A stretch of DNA of 64,000 bases from Eledone cirrhosa. Taxonomy: Eukaryota. Below, piece after piece: positions 1 to 49,766 of the stretch (positions are counted from its first letter, which is position 1; every line of letters starts with the position of its first letter). The stretch lies in contig OZ024742.1 of the NCBI GenBank assembly GCA_964016885.1, positions 38,626,001 through 38,690,000 on the forward strand, in the 5' to 3' direction. Made by a program: the position numbers and the translations under genes. The notes under the pieces were generated by a model. The model saw only the letters and a program-made list of their open reading frames with translations, was not told where the DNA came from and did no database searches.

Positions 1-1125
1 ACCACCAGCAATAAAAGTAAAACATCATTTTATCTATATTTATTTTCCTCTTCATATTTTATCGCTAATGTTAGATATTCCCTTTAGAGCTGTGTTATGT
101 TGTTGTTATTAGATCTCTATTGGTCTTGATAACAAGTGTTCCAGTTGTTCAAACAATGGAACATCCTACTCATTAGATTAATGTGCGAGTGTTCTGATCT
201 AAACTGTGAGTGAAATTGGCTTGATGGAAATTATATGGAAGCCCATCAAATAGTGTCACACTGATTCTGTGTAAGAATTATATTAAGAATACACGTCTGT
301 GGATTGTTCAGATTCTTACAAGTTAATTTGTGTTAGAGGTACAGTTGATCAAAGGAATGGTTGTTGAAGGGTGTTTGGAGCATAGATTAACAAAGATTCT
401 TACATAACATGATGTAACTCTTTTAGATAAATATAACGACTGGTGATATATCATAGTAAAAAAGACAAACCTACCAGTACAAGCACTGAAGCACTAAAAG
501 TAAATATGATGAGAAACTAGAGGCTGCAGTTTATGGCAATTAAATGGAGACAATGTAAGGTTTGATAGGACTTTTCAGTCTGGCTGAGCACTTGACAACC
601 TCTTTAGTGATTGTATGATGATGATGATGATCATCATCATCATCATCGTTTTTACGTCTGTTTTTCCACGCTTGTATAGGTTGGACAATGATAATGATTT
701 TAAATATACACCTCCGTATAGAACTAGAGGTGATATCAAAAGGGTTAATATATGACCTTCAGGATACATAAATGTGTAGCGAAAAAGTTCTAGGTTTCAA
801 TATGTTAATCACAAAAGCCTGGCGTACTGTCCAGCTGGAATGGTATCTCTGCTGGTTAACTTCATAGATTGATAAAATAAGTACCAAACTTGAAAAAAAA
901 CTACTGGGTTTGATATAATCAACTAAAACTTTGAAGGCTGTGCTCTAGCATGGCTGCAGTCTAGTGACTGAAACCAGTAAAAGAATTAATTTCATGAGGT
1001 GTAGCTTGTGAAGACATCATATAACCTTGTTTTTATTACATTTTGAAGAAGTTTTTCACATATATCATTTCATATAACTGGTTGAAATTTTTGTGTAATA
1101 ACTCTGTTTCTATTTAACATTACAG

Positions 1126-37008
<35,883 letters not shown>

Positions 37009-37449
37009 GTGATTGGGCCGGCCTTAATACAAGGAACAATTTCCCTTCCGATACCCTCTCTAACCTCCAAGAACATCTGCAACCACTATTGCTCCAGTCA
37101 TGTCAAGTTGCTAATAGTGTAACTTATTCCCTCCTCCCACCTCACCATTCAGGCCCTGCTTGATTTTGTTTCTTTTTTTCTCCAGTGGATTGAAGTAGTA
37201 GTCTTTTTCATCTTGTTTCTTTCTTCGTGTTACACTTCTTCCTCTTTTCTCTCTCTCCTCCTCTTAAGTTTTTGGTTGGTAGGTGGGGATGTGGAGGGGA
37301 GACTCTAAGTCAACCAGCCAGCACCTTTTGAGTCTCTTTTGTAATTCTCCACACACTATATTTTCATCTCCCTGCATTGAAACAATGTGTGTGTGTGGGT
37401 GCACCTGTCTGTATACACAGGTATAGAGGCTCTTCCTCTATTCACAATA

Positions 37450-37490
<41 letters not shown>

Positions 37491-40039
37491 GTGTTTGTGT
37501 GTGTGTACTGCTGATTGCTGTTAGCTTGTTAAGTTTACAATATATGTAAATGAGCCACCTTGAGGTTCAATACCTCAGTATACCATAGTAAGTAAGCATT
37601 ACTAACAAATGATAATAGTGAAATACATATATAATGCTCTTACATAGATACTGAGGTGGCTGAGACATGTTCACTGCAAGACTGTTCATTACATATAAGC
37701 GTATAGTCTATAGATTCATATACACCTTGATGTTCATATATGTGTGTACAGCAAACAACCAACCAACCTTGCCAGTTAGATTACCATTCACTTTCAAGAG
37801 GTCAGTAAATTATATTATAAAAAGAAGAAAATGTCCAAGGAAAACTATTTGATGTTGCCCAACCCTGCCAGTTGTTAGATAATGAGTAACCTATCTTTAC
37901 TATAAAACCATATAATTGTTTCCCTTTCACTTAGTCTTCTGTCAAATATTTTTGTCTTCCTACCTCATCCTGTCTCTTTCTCTTACACACACACTTTCTC
38001 ATGGATAAGATGTTATTAATTGAGACTAGTAAGATCGTTATTCAATTTAGTACTCCATACTTCAAAGAAAGTAGACTTTAGATATTATGAGGCAGATAGG
38101 TTCTCCAGTGAAGTTCAAACCATTTCGTTTGACTGTATGGCCTATTATACGAATGGATCAGGGTTGGTATGCCTTACATACCAGGATTACTGGATATATG
38201 AACAACTGGGAAATTTGCATTTTGATAAATTAATGGTTTGCATAAGAGAAACCCGATAGTTTATGTTGATTATTGACACATAATTAAAGATAATATTTTA
38301 ATAATTTATTTCTAGGATATAATTATATAAATATTCAGCATTTATGTACAGATGACATAGAGGATTAAATTTATGAGTAACTTTGGAGAAATTATGTTTT
38401 ACAGAGACAAATGTTGTTGTCAGAATCCAGGACCGTGTGATTGGAAAGTGAACTTCTTATTGTAGCCAAATGATTGACATAGAAAATACATTGTGTGTGC
38501 ATGTCTGTGAATATATATATATATATATGATAGGTTAAATACATTGAGGGTCAGAGTTTGTCTTAAGTCATTGAAATGCCCTTAATTTTGCCACTATCAT
38601 ACCACCTTGCCCTCTCTTGCTTTTCTTACCTCATCCTCCTCCTTCATCAACACAAGCATACACACACACACACACACTCTCTCTCTCTCTCTCCCACACA
38701 CATCCTCCCCCTCCCCAAGCTATGTTGCTATTGTCATGTATTTGAAAACAACAGAAGTTATTCAAGTTCTCCACCACATCATCTCCACCACTACCACCAC
38801 CATTATTATTTCAACTCTTTCTTTCAATAAGAAGTCTTATTATTTTTTAATGTTTATTTTTAATTTTCATCTATATAATTTTCTTTACCCCCCCCCCCCC
38901 CCCCCTCAATTTTCTTTAAAGTATTAATGCTCCACACTTCCACTCCACTACCCCTACCATCCAGAAGTGCATCGCGTTGTCATGCTACATTTTCAACTGT
39001 AAGAGACAAAACAATATAAAAATAAAGAAAACATTGAAACAAATAACAACCACCACCACCACCACAACAACAACAACAACAATAATAATAATAATAATAA
39101 ATTAACTTTTGTTCTCATTTTATTGCTTTAAATTTGTTTGTTGGTATTTTTATGTTAATATTTTTTAAAAATGTAAAATATATAAAATGCACCCAGTTCA
39201 CTCTGAAAAGTGGTAATGTTGATGCCATAATATAATGCACCCACCAGTACACACTGTAAGGTGGTAGTGCTGGTGTCACGATAAAATGCACCCAGTACAT
39301 TCTGTAAGGTGATAATCTTCATGTCATTATATAACTATTTCTACTTTTGCAATTACCTAGTGTATTACTGGTACTTTATTTTATCGACCCCTGTAAGGAT
39401 GAAAGGCAAAGTTAACCTCAACAGGATTTGAACTCAGAATGGCAAGGGCCGTAACTCTATGCGTCAAAGCATGGCGTCCGACACTCTACCGATACTGCCT
39501 GCACTCAGAATATTGTCAAGTGGTAGTGATGGTGTCATGATAAAATGCACCAAGTACATTTTGTAAGGTGGTAGTAGAGTTGGTGTTATGAGAAAAGTAC
39601 ACTCTGTAAAGTGGTTGGTATTAGGAAAGCATTCAGCTCTAGAAACTATGCCGAAATTGAACAAGCAACCCAGCCAACTGAAGCTAGCATCGAAAACAGC
39701 AATATTTGGACAAAACACCTCTTCTGAAGGTGCATGGCATGGAGTGATTTAAGAGAGGTTTGGCTGCTATTTCTAGCAAGTTTAATGACCATGGTCAAAG
39801 AAGGATATTTTATTGATGGGATTGCAGTTCTATCATGTAAAGAAACATGAAATGAAGTGTCTTGCTCAAGAACACAACACGCCATCCATTCAAGGAATTG
39901 AACACACAACCTTATGATTGAGTCCAACACCCTATCCTGACTTGTGTTTGCACCACGTCACAAATGTTTTTTGGACCTAATGTTGAGTAACTACACCAAC
40001 ATTATCCACAATATTGCAGTGAAAAAAAACTCTCCTCTT

Positions 40040-41000
40040 AGGTCATGACAGGATTCTCTGTAACCCGAGATTCCAACAAACAAAAGTGCACCCATTTAAT
40101 AACAAGGATCTCCAAAATGTAAATTGGGATGCAATCATTAATGAATGGTCTTTCATACACATAACTCATTGCCATCAACACCAAAGCATCTTTGGAGTTA
40201 TTTGGAGATACTGTTACAAAACACATTTGATCATAATCCATGAACAAAACAAAGTGCAGGCTTCCAAGACATAGAACCGTATTAGAAAAATAAAATACTT
40301 TTAAAAATCATCTAAAATATTGCTAGCACCTATACTCCAATTCAACTGCTATAGTATTACCCAAATCCCACAAAAAACTTCATGATGACTATCATCAATA
40401 ACCAAAGAGCAGCTGAGGAGGACTGGGCAATTATGAAAATTAACCTCAATCCTTATTGGATGATTATTTCCCATCCCAGTTTACAAAAAGAGAAATAAGT
40501 TCTTTGTGTATTACTAATTTTACCTCTCATACCAAATTATTTGAGAGTGTGGTGAGATCACAAATAATTGACTTCCTCATAAGTAACAATCCCTTTAATT
40601 CCAACTAACATTGTTTCCACGATGGCAAGGACTGCTTAACACAACTTCTGCACTATTTTGATGACATTCTAAAGGCCTCTCCTAAGAGAGAGCTCCAACT
40701 GAGATGGTATATACCTTGACTTTAGCAAGGCCTTTGACAGGGTTGATCACAACATCATTTTGAAGAACCTATCCAACATTTGAGTCTATGGCAAGCAACT
40801 ACAGTGGATTATTCCTAGTGAACAAAACTAAGCATGCTGTATTTGAAGGAATATGATCAAGCTCAGCAAAAAACATTTGTGGTGTTCCATAAGGCACTTT
40901 GTTGGGCCCACTTTCTTCATTATTAATGACATCATAGATGCCATTAAACACAGAGAAATAAGAATCTTCACATGATTCTACACTGCAGGTCATCAGTGGA
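40040..41000 (+). mobile_element. Decayed CR1/L2-like LINE RT fragment
   Basis: YLDFSKAFDRVDH at ~40710-40750 and GVP*GTLLGPL at ~40880-40912; many stops and frameshifts. Confidence 0.8.
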
Positions 41001-41663
41001 GAAGGAAATCAGACATTCCTTTAATCAAATCTGCCCCCTACAAAAATTGAGCTCGCATCACATAACTAAATTATGACACAGTTATTTCAACTCAACTGGC
41101 CCTGTTCTCATTAATATCTCACCAAAACACATCCAGACAGCTCCCTGGACAAATTCCTCCAAGATAAATCAACTATACCCAAATATGTTCCCACCAATAA
41201 TCTTTACTTGAGTGTCCAAAATATGACTAAGGTATGAAGTATGATTTGAAAGACTTGGTCAGGTTGTGCTATTAAGTTGGAAATTGCCTGAGCCAATAAT
41301 GGTTGAAACCAATCAAAGCTATAATATAATTTATGGAAAAGTAGACATGAAATGAAATATATGTATATATATGATAAGTATATATATATAATACGTCTAA
41401 CCCATGATAGCGTGGAAGATGGACGTTAAACGAAGATGATGATGATGATGAATATAATATAATATGTATATATATTATATATAAATTGATATGTATATTC
41501 TCTTTTGTATCATATATTTTAGTATATTTTTATAAATACATTTACAGTCTTGGTTAACTCTTTAGCATTTAAACCTTTAAACCGGCTGTATCTGGCTAGA
41601 ATTCTCTCATCTCTTTCTGTTCAAACCGGTTGTAACCAGCAGCTCATGTTCTCAAAATAAATA

Positions 41664-41852
41664 ATTGTTTCTATTTTTTGGTACAAGGCCAGCAATTATT
41701 CCAGTGCATTACTTGTACTTTATTTTATTGACCCCATAAGGATGAAAGGCAAAGTTAATCTTGGCAGGATTTGAACTCAGACCGTAAAGGGACGTAACTA
41801 TGCTGCAAAGCATGGCGTCCGACCCTCTACTGATACTGCCAATCCACCACCA
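41664..41852 (-). mobile_element. SINE family A inserted in a MITE
   Basis: 14-bp TSD TCTCAAAATAAATA at 41650-41663 and 41853-41866. Confidence 0.9.
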
Positions 41853-41950
41853 TCTCAAAATAAATATCAAAATCTCATAGATTCAATATTATGTGAAATA
41901 TATATGATAAAGCCTTTACCATGGAAATATGATAGTAAATATAAAGTAAT

Positions 41951-44120
41951 CATCATCATCATCATCGTTTAACGTCCATCTTCTACGCTTGCATGGGTTT
42001 GGACGGGAGTTTTCCCACTTGAGGCAAGAGTGGTTGTCTTGCTCGCATAGGACTGTCTGGTGGGTTTTCTACGGCTGGATGCCCTTCCTAACACCAACCA
42101 CGTTTACAGTGTGGACTGGGAGGTTTTTACCGTGTTACCTACACGGCCACATTACAGCGTGGACTGTGTGTTTTTTTGTCATGACACCTACACGACCTCA
42201 TTTGTTTCGGACTGGATGTTGTGGTACCAACATAACTTTACATTGAAAGGGGTGGTGTGGATGGAGTGGGGGTAGTGGGACGGGGGTGTATTTTTGTTAG
42301 AGGTGCCTACTGACTGTAGTAGGTTTCACTTTGTAACTTAGGTAAGGCGGGTCTTCTGTATTACTGTGTAGTGCCAAAGATCTCGGTCCAGTGACATTGT
42401 CTTGGAGAGGTGTAAGTGTGTGAGGTCGGAATTTATCAAGTCGTCCCAGGTTTTTCTGGGTTTGCCTACTTTGTGGCTACCGTCTATTTTTATTGCCCTG
42501 CACTTTTTCATACAGCTGTCGTCTTTTATGCGCATCATGTGACCATACCAACGTAGTCTTCTCTCGAGTAAACAACATCTGATCCCTCTTATTTCTAATT
42601 TTTCCCTTTGCCGTTCACGTATATTACTATTACACATCCAGCGGAGCATGCAAGCTTCGTTCCTCTCCAGTCTGCGTATATCTTCTGTACACAATGCCCA
42701 GGTCTCACTGTCATGTAACATTGCTGTTCGTATGCAGGCATCATACAGCCTGCCTTTCATTTTTAGAGAGAACCCTTTAGCGACTAATAGTGGTATAAGC
42801 TCTCTGAACTTTTTCCATCCAGTTCTGACTCTAGCTACTGTACTTTCAGAGCACCCTCCACGACTGCTGATTTTGTCACCCAAGTAACGGAAGGTGTCCA
42901 CTATTTCTATAGAACCATCTGTGCAATGGAATAAGCTAGTATTCTGTGGGCACTTGCTGCTATTTATTGCACCAGAGCACCGGCCACATATAAAATCTAT
43001 GTTCTTAGTTAGCTTACCTGTGATCCCACTACATCTTTTATGCACCCATACTTTGCATTTGGGACATAAAATGGAGTTTCTACCTACTCCTTTCCTACAC
43101 ACTGAGCATGGCCATTTCCCGGATGGGACCGGTGCCCTATTTTCCTTCCTACAAACTAGAACTTTAGTCTTAGACAGGTTAATTTTAAGGCCTTTTGATT
43201 CTAGGCCATGCTGCCATGTTTGGAATTTCTTCTCTAGTTCAGCCATTGATTCAACTATGAGCGTTAGATCATCTGCGTATAGGAGTTCCCATGGGCAGCC
43301 AGTCTTGAACTCCACTGTTATAGCCTGAAGGGCAATAATAAATAGTAGGGGGCTAAGAACGGAGCCCTGATGAACAACTTTTACGCTAAACTCTTCACTA
43401 TATTCGTTGTTAATTCTAACCTTGTTGACTGTTTCTTTATACATGGCTTGTATAGCTCTCACAAGCCATTCATCAACACCTAGTTTTCTAAGAGCCCACC
43501 AGATAATGGAATGGGGGAATCTGTCAAAGGCTTTTTCCAAGTCGACAAAAGCTAAGTATAGGGGTTTACTTTTAGCTAGGTACTTCTGTAGTTGTCGTAC
43601 AATGAAAAGAGCGTCTGTGGTACTTTTACCTGACACAAACCCGAACTGCATTTCATCTAGATCAATTCGCTCTGATTAGTTGCGTTATTACTTTTTCTGT
43701 GACCTTCATGACCTGGTCGATTAATTTAATGCCTCTATAGTTACCCCTATCTAGGGCATCTCCTTTTCCCTTGTAGCAGTTAATGATGCTGCTACGCCAG
43801 TCCTTCGGAACAACCCCAATGATGTATGACTTGGTTTACTATCCGGGTGACCATGGTGTGTCCCACCGTTCCAGAAGCTTTCAGTATTTCAGCAACTATT
43901 TCCGAAGGCCCAGCCGCCTTACTCGTCTTCATATCTTTGATTGCCTTACTTATTATACTACCTTCGACTAACACTGCTGGTCCCTCTATTGGATCGATGT
44001 GGGGGAGACTGTCTTTCTCCCATTTAGTAGCTTTTCGTAGTGACACTTCCAAGCTACCTTCTTATCAGCGTCAGTGATGGCAAGTACACCATCATCATTA
44101 AGGACACACTTCTCCCCGAC
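41951..44120 (-). mobile_element. 5'-truncated, degenerate RTE-clade non-LTR retrotransposon (RT + PHD-like finger + 3' UTR with (GAT)n tail)
   Basis: ORF 43651-42338 has RT motifs QFGF..G.STTDA, FVDLEKAFD, QGSVLSPLLF and YADD, and the C-terminal RRLRWYGH. Upstream frames are broken. The tail reads GGACGTTAAAC(GAT)n. Confidence 0.93.
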
Positions 44121-46672
44121 AATGTAAATGTTAAAGGATTAATTGTGCACTGTTAAAGGTCAGTAGTGATGACTTGTCCAACACTACTCAGCAGGGAGAA
44201 TGGAGTTTAAAAAATGATGTTAAACATTATCATCGTTTAACATCCATTTTCCATGCTTTTATGGGTTAGATGGGTTGTCACATTATGAGAGAAGTCGGGT
44301 CAGATGATCACATCTTGCTCATATGGATCTGTATTTTATCTTGGTTTCTATGGCTAGATCCCTTCCTAACACTAACCATGTTACAGTGAGGACTGGCTGT
44401 TTTTTTTTATTGTAAAAGTCAATAATACTCCAAGAAGAGAAAAAAAAAAGCTGCCGGGAGTAAGAATGCTGAAACATGGGAAAAAATATTCAATGCCGAA
44501 ATAGCTTGTAACCAGAAGTTAGACTTGCCTTGCATCTTCAATTTACTTTGGACCGAGTCATCCACCATCCACGTGACTTACATCCGACTTTATGGTATCA
44601 GAGCCTCTCTCAGTCTCGCTTCACACCACACGTCCTCACTCAACTCTGTACTGCTGGGAAAGAGGCTGTCAATACCCCCTGAATCCTCATATGACGTCAC
44701 TCGTCCTCCCGCTCAGGCGTCCCCACATATACACACTATATAAAAAATTGCTGAGTCCTTCAAATGGATGGAACTTGTAGAAGAGGCAGACCTACAGACA
44801 TGAAACAAAGTTGTGAAGAATTACCTAAAAAAAACTGAACCCCATGAAAGAAATGACACAGGACAGAACTGACTGGTGATAAGCCAAACTACAAAACAGC
44901 CACCCACCTATACAAGTACTGCAACACTTGAGGTGAAAGTGGTGAGAGACCAGAGGCTGCAGTGTTGGTGATTGAACAGAGACAATATGGAGTTTGAGAG
45001 GACCCTTCAGTTTGGACAAGCATGCAACAATCTTTCTGGTGTTGGTGTTATAACAAAATGCATCCAGTAAACCCTGCAAAATGTTAGTATTGGTGCCACA
45101 ATAAAACACACTCAATACTCTCCACAAATATGGAAATTATGTGCAAGATGCCAGCATGGAAAATGGATGTGAAATGATGATACATCATCATCATCGTTTT
45201 TTTATTGATTTTTTCATGCTGGTATGGTTTGGACGGGACTTTTTGAGGCCATGTTTTACAGCCAGATGCCCTACTTGACATTATTTCTCTTACTTGCTTC
45301 TTAGCAATGATATGTTTATGTATTTATTCTAAACACATATCATCATCGTTTAACGTCTATCTTCCACGCTAACATGGGTTTTTCCCAATTGAGGCAAGTG
45401 TTTTGCTCATATAGGACAGCTTCTGGCTGGTTTTCTACGGCTGGATGCCTTTCCTAACAGCAACCACATTTACAGTGTGTTGGGTGCTTTTTGTCATGAG
45501 ACCTACACCACCACTTTACAGTGTAGGCTGGATGTTTTGTGGTACCAACATAACTTTACAGAGTAAGGGTGGTGTGGGTGGATATTGGATTAAGAGGTGC
45601 CAACCGAGTGTAAGTTTGCAAGTGAAGGCATGTTATTTTATATCTGGAGGTGGATTGGCAGTATCGGTAGAGGGTCGGACGCCATGCTTTGACGCATAGA
45701 GTTACGGCCCTTGCCATTCTGAGTTCAAATCCCGCCGAGGTTAACTTTGCCTTTCATCCTTACGGGTTGATAAAATAAAGTACCAGTAATGCACTGGGTA
45801 TTTGCTGGCCTTGTGCCAAAAGTAGAAACAGTTATTTTATATCTGCTCTCCACATTAACATAGATGGATCAGTGACCTCATTTTGCCAATTAGTTCCACA
45901 ATTGGCACAGTTTCTACGGTTGGATGCTCTTTCTAACACCAATCATCTTACATGGTGTAGTGGGTTCGTTTTCTTGTGGCACCAGCACTAGAGGTTGTCA
46001 CATGTTCGTTTAGGCTGAAGAGTCCTCTCAAACCCTACATATAACAATGAAATAATAATAATAAAAAAAAAGAGTTTCAAGGTTACAAATAAATTTTTTC
46101 TTTGTTTATTTATTTATTTATTATTTTTTTTGACAGTTTGTCCTTCGTAAGACAAAACACAAACAAATATATATCAGATTTGTTACAGTGATGTATTTGA
46201 CATTTATAGAAAGTATCACTGAGTTTGTAAACAACTACCAGAACAAGGCAATCATGGACAAAGCATTTCAGAACCATGATGTAAGAAATATTGAAATGTT
46301 TTTTTCTTTTTTCTGTATTTACTAAAATCAATAGCACTTACTTTTTGATTTTGTCTGTCAAATTCTGAATGTAATTGAAATGGTTCAAGACCAGCTGAAA
46401 CTGACTCAAAGTTTATACTGATAACCAATATGGTATCAGGGTTTTTTTTTTTTTTATTTTTAAAGGTGACTAGACTGCTTCTAAGGTATTTTTTTTTATT
46501 AGCAGAATAAGTTTGTGTATGCATAAAATATGTATGAATATGTGTGCATGCACACACACATATTTATATATAATTATATCATCATCATCATTATCATTTA
46601 TATCTAACTCTCTCTCCCTCTCTCTCTCTCTATATATATATAAATATATATCTATACATACATACAAATATA

Positions 46673-46802
46673 CAGGGTGGCTCACGAAAAGTAGCCTGGG
46701 TTCTGTAGCATAGTGTAAATACAGAAATAAAATTACACACAAAAAAACACCCAGCCTTTTGTTTGCTATGGAATCCAGGCTACTTTTTCTTGCACTACCC
46801 TA
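46673..46802. mobile_element. Tc1/mariner-type MITE
   Basis: TA-flanked ~38-bp imperfect TIRs: CAGGGTGGCTCACGAAAAGTAGCCTGGGTTCTGTAGCA / TGCTATGGAATCCAGGCTACTTTTTCTTGCACTACCCTA. Confidence 0.75.
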
Positions 46803-48564
46803 TATGAACTAAAATTTAAAATTTTCAATAAAGTGTGGATGCAGTTATAACAAAAGTGAGAAGCTATTTCGGAACATCATGTAACCAGTGTACCTGTATC
46901 CACAGTCTATTATGATTATTTGTTTCTAATATATATATATATATAATGTCATTGACATATTGACATGTTAAATTGTAATACTTGTCTTTTTCAAATGATT
47001 GCTAAACCATCATGTTTTTATAAAAAACAATTAATTTTAATACAATAATAAAAGTATTTAAAAAATTAAAATAATCAAGGAGAGAGAAAAAGAGAACAAG
47101 AAAAGGAGGAGGAGGAAGAAAAAAATGAAAAGGCTGAAGGGGAGGGGACAAATTCTACACCCTTGGCTGGGCAGGACATCTTAGTTGTACTCCATGAACA
47201 AGATGGTAAAAGCATTGCTGTGGAAAACAGTCAGCTACACTTGCTGCATCTGTCATTCCACCTCATGGGGCACTTACCTCTAGTGAGATGCAATTATCTT
47301 TATTTGGGGGATGAAAGAGTAGTCTGGGGATTGAAGATATAGGAGTTTCCAATAGCAACCAGCACAGAAAGGAAGCAGCCAGTCAAATTCTGTTCTTTTT
47401 CTAATTAATCTATCTTCATATTTCTGGGGTGTTTTTTATTAAAAAAAAAAAACTCTTAACGTATTCATTGTTTGCTTTCTTTCCGACAATAAAATGTAAA
47501 CACATATTTCACTTTTACAGAGAAGTTATAATCAACAATATGAACTCACATACATAATTATAAACATAAATAGACAGTGTGTGTGTGTGTGTAGACATGC
47601 AAATAGGAAATATGAAAAAAACCCTAACAAAATGATCAAACCAGAGCACAATTGTGTTCTCAATATAACATGATTGAAAGAAAAGATATTTCCTACTTAT
47701 ATAATATATATGTGTGTGTGTGTGTGTGTAGCGAAAAAATTATAAGGCTAGGAAATTAAAGAATCCCGTACAAATCACGTTATACATTATATCGAAAAAA
47801 TAATAAAGAATCGAAGATACTGTAAATAGTGAAAAGAAAATAGTTAATCAAAAAATAAATTATAGCTTTTTTTTTTAAAAGAAAAATGGGTTTTGCAAAA
47901 AGAATCATGGTTATCTCGTTTTTGTATAGACCAGTTTCAGCTCTGGTTAGCTTTTCAAAGTTTCACTTTCAGTTTCATTAGTGTATTTTTTAATGTGTCA
48001 ACACATTAAAAATACACAACACAAACACAAATGTAACTTTGAATATATGTGTATATAAATATTCACATACATATCCATTGTGTGAGTATGTATATATGTG
48101 TACATACACCTATCCATGTGTATGTAGGCACATGGCTGCAAACATGTGTATGTAGGCACATGTGTATGTAGAGCATTGGGCTTGCAAACAGAAGGTTGTG
48201 AGTTTGATTCTCATACATAGTGTCCTTGAGAAAGACACTTTATTTTCACGTTGCTCCAGTTTACTCAGCTGGTGAAATGAGTTGCAACGTCACTGGTGTC
48301 AAGCTGTATTGGCCATAGCCTTTCTCTTGGACATCATAGGTGGCCTGGAGAGAGGAGGTTGGTATGCATGGGTGACTGCTAGTCTTCCACAAACAACTTT
48401 GCCTGGACTTGTGTATTGGAGGGAAACTTTCTAGGTGCAAATCCCATGGTTATTCATGACTGAAGGGGTTCTTTACCCTTACACCTATCCATGCAAGCAT
48501 GGAAATGTGGTTGTAAAAGAAGGCTGATGATGATGATGATGATACATATATATATTCATTTATA

Positions 48565-48566
<2 letters not shown>

Positions 48567-48643
<77 letters not shown>
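48567..48643. repeat. (TG)n microsatellite
   Basis: Direct reading. Confidence 0.98.
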
Positions 48644-48647
<4 letters not shown>

Positions 48648-49638
48648 CATGAAGGTTCAGAATTTTATAGAGAAAAAATGGGGGAATTTATGAAGTCATG
48701 TAATTTTCATTAAGACATTAGCAATGTAAGTAAAATTCTAGCATAGCGTCCAACACAGTTGCACACACATGTGCTTGCATCCACATAGATGAACATGTAC
48801 ACATTGTTTATGGACATTATTTTAAAAGATATATCAAGATTTCAGTTGGGAGTAAAAAACAAGTTATTGCATGTTAAAAATGAAAATAAAGGATATTTGG
48901 AACCAATTGTAAACTTGTTTCAAAAAAAGGAAAGGAAATGAGCCGATTGTCATATCAGACCAACGAAACAATGTTTCCATTGGTTTTTCCATTGCTGATA
49001 GTATCTGCTTGCCACAACTTCTGGCAGGAGATGGAAACTTGGAACACACAGAGCCAGATCAGGTATTGTCCAACTCTTCAACAGTGATCCACTGCCCTGG
49101 AGTGGTGCTTTATTAACCCAGAAAAAAAATGAAAGGCAAAGTTGACTTGGGTGGGATTTGAATTCAAAGGGTCAGAGAGTCCAAACATATGCTGAGGCAT
49201 TTAATCTGATGCCATAACAACTCGGCCAATTTACCACCTTAATAAAGTTCTATTTATAATAAATATTTATGGTTTATAATTTTAACTTATTTAAATATAG
49301 AGAATAAATTAAACAAAATAAAAATAATATCTGCTTGCAGAGTCTTGTGGAACTGCTTTATAACAATTGAACATTGATGTGGAACACAAAGAATTTGGAC
49401 AAATGGTGAAATCATTGAGTATTTAACTAAGTACAAAACAAGTCTTGACAGTATAAAGATTATATCATTTTACCTTTCTTTGTAGATTATAACAGCTGTC
49501 ATAATTAGCATTTAGATAATCATAATTATAGATTTCTTAATTAAGTACAAATACATAAATTTGTAATGGAGAGCAATGAAACTGTATCAGTCATTCATGC
49601 TGGCTCCAGAGGCATTACTGGTATATAGTGATTTGGTT

Positions 49639-49766
49639 TTAATCAGGAATTAAAATCAACTGGGAAAAAGTTTATTTACTTTACATGTTATTTGAATTAT
49701 GATTAATCAGGAATTAAAATCAACTGGGAAAAAGTTTATTTACTTTACATGTTATTTGAATTATGA
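49639..49766 (+). repeat. Exact 64-bp tandem duplication
   Basis: TTAATCAGGAATT...GAATTATGA occurs twice, starting at 49639 and 49703. Confidence 0.92.

Noticed and set aside
42338-43651. Functional or domesticated reverse transcriptase gene
   Set aside because: It has no true start and is 5'-truncated with broken upstream frames. Conserved residues are deleted (e.g. RQLQ-KY, VKV-VHQG), and a typical RTE tail is present.
45990-46035. Hammerhead ribozyme in family-C elements (CTGAAGAG)
   Set aside because: No stem II followed by GAAA and no stem I/III pairing is seen in the copies at 28941, 30012 or 46015.
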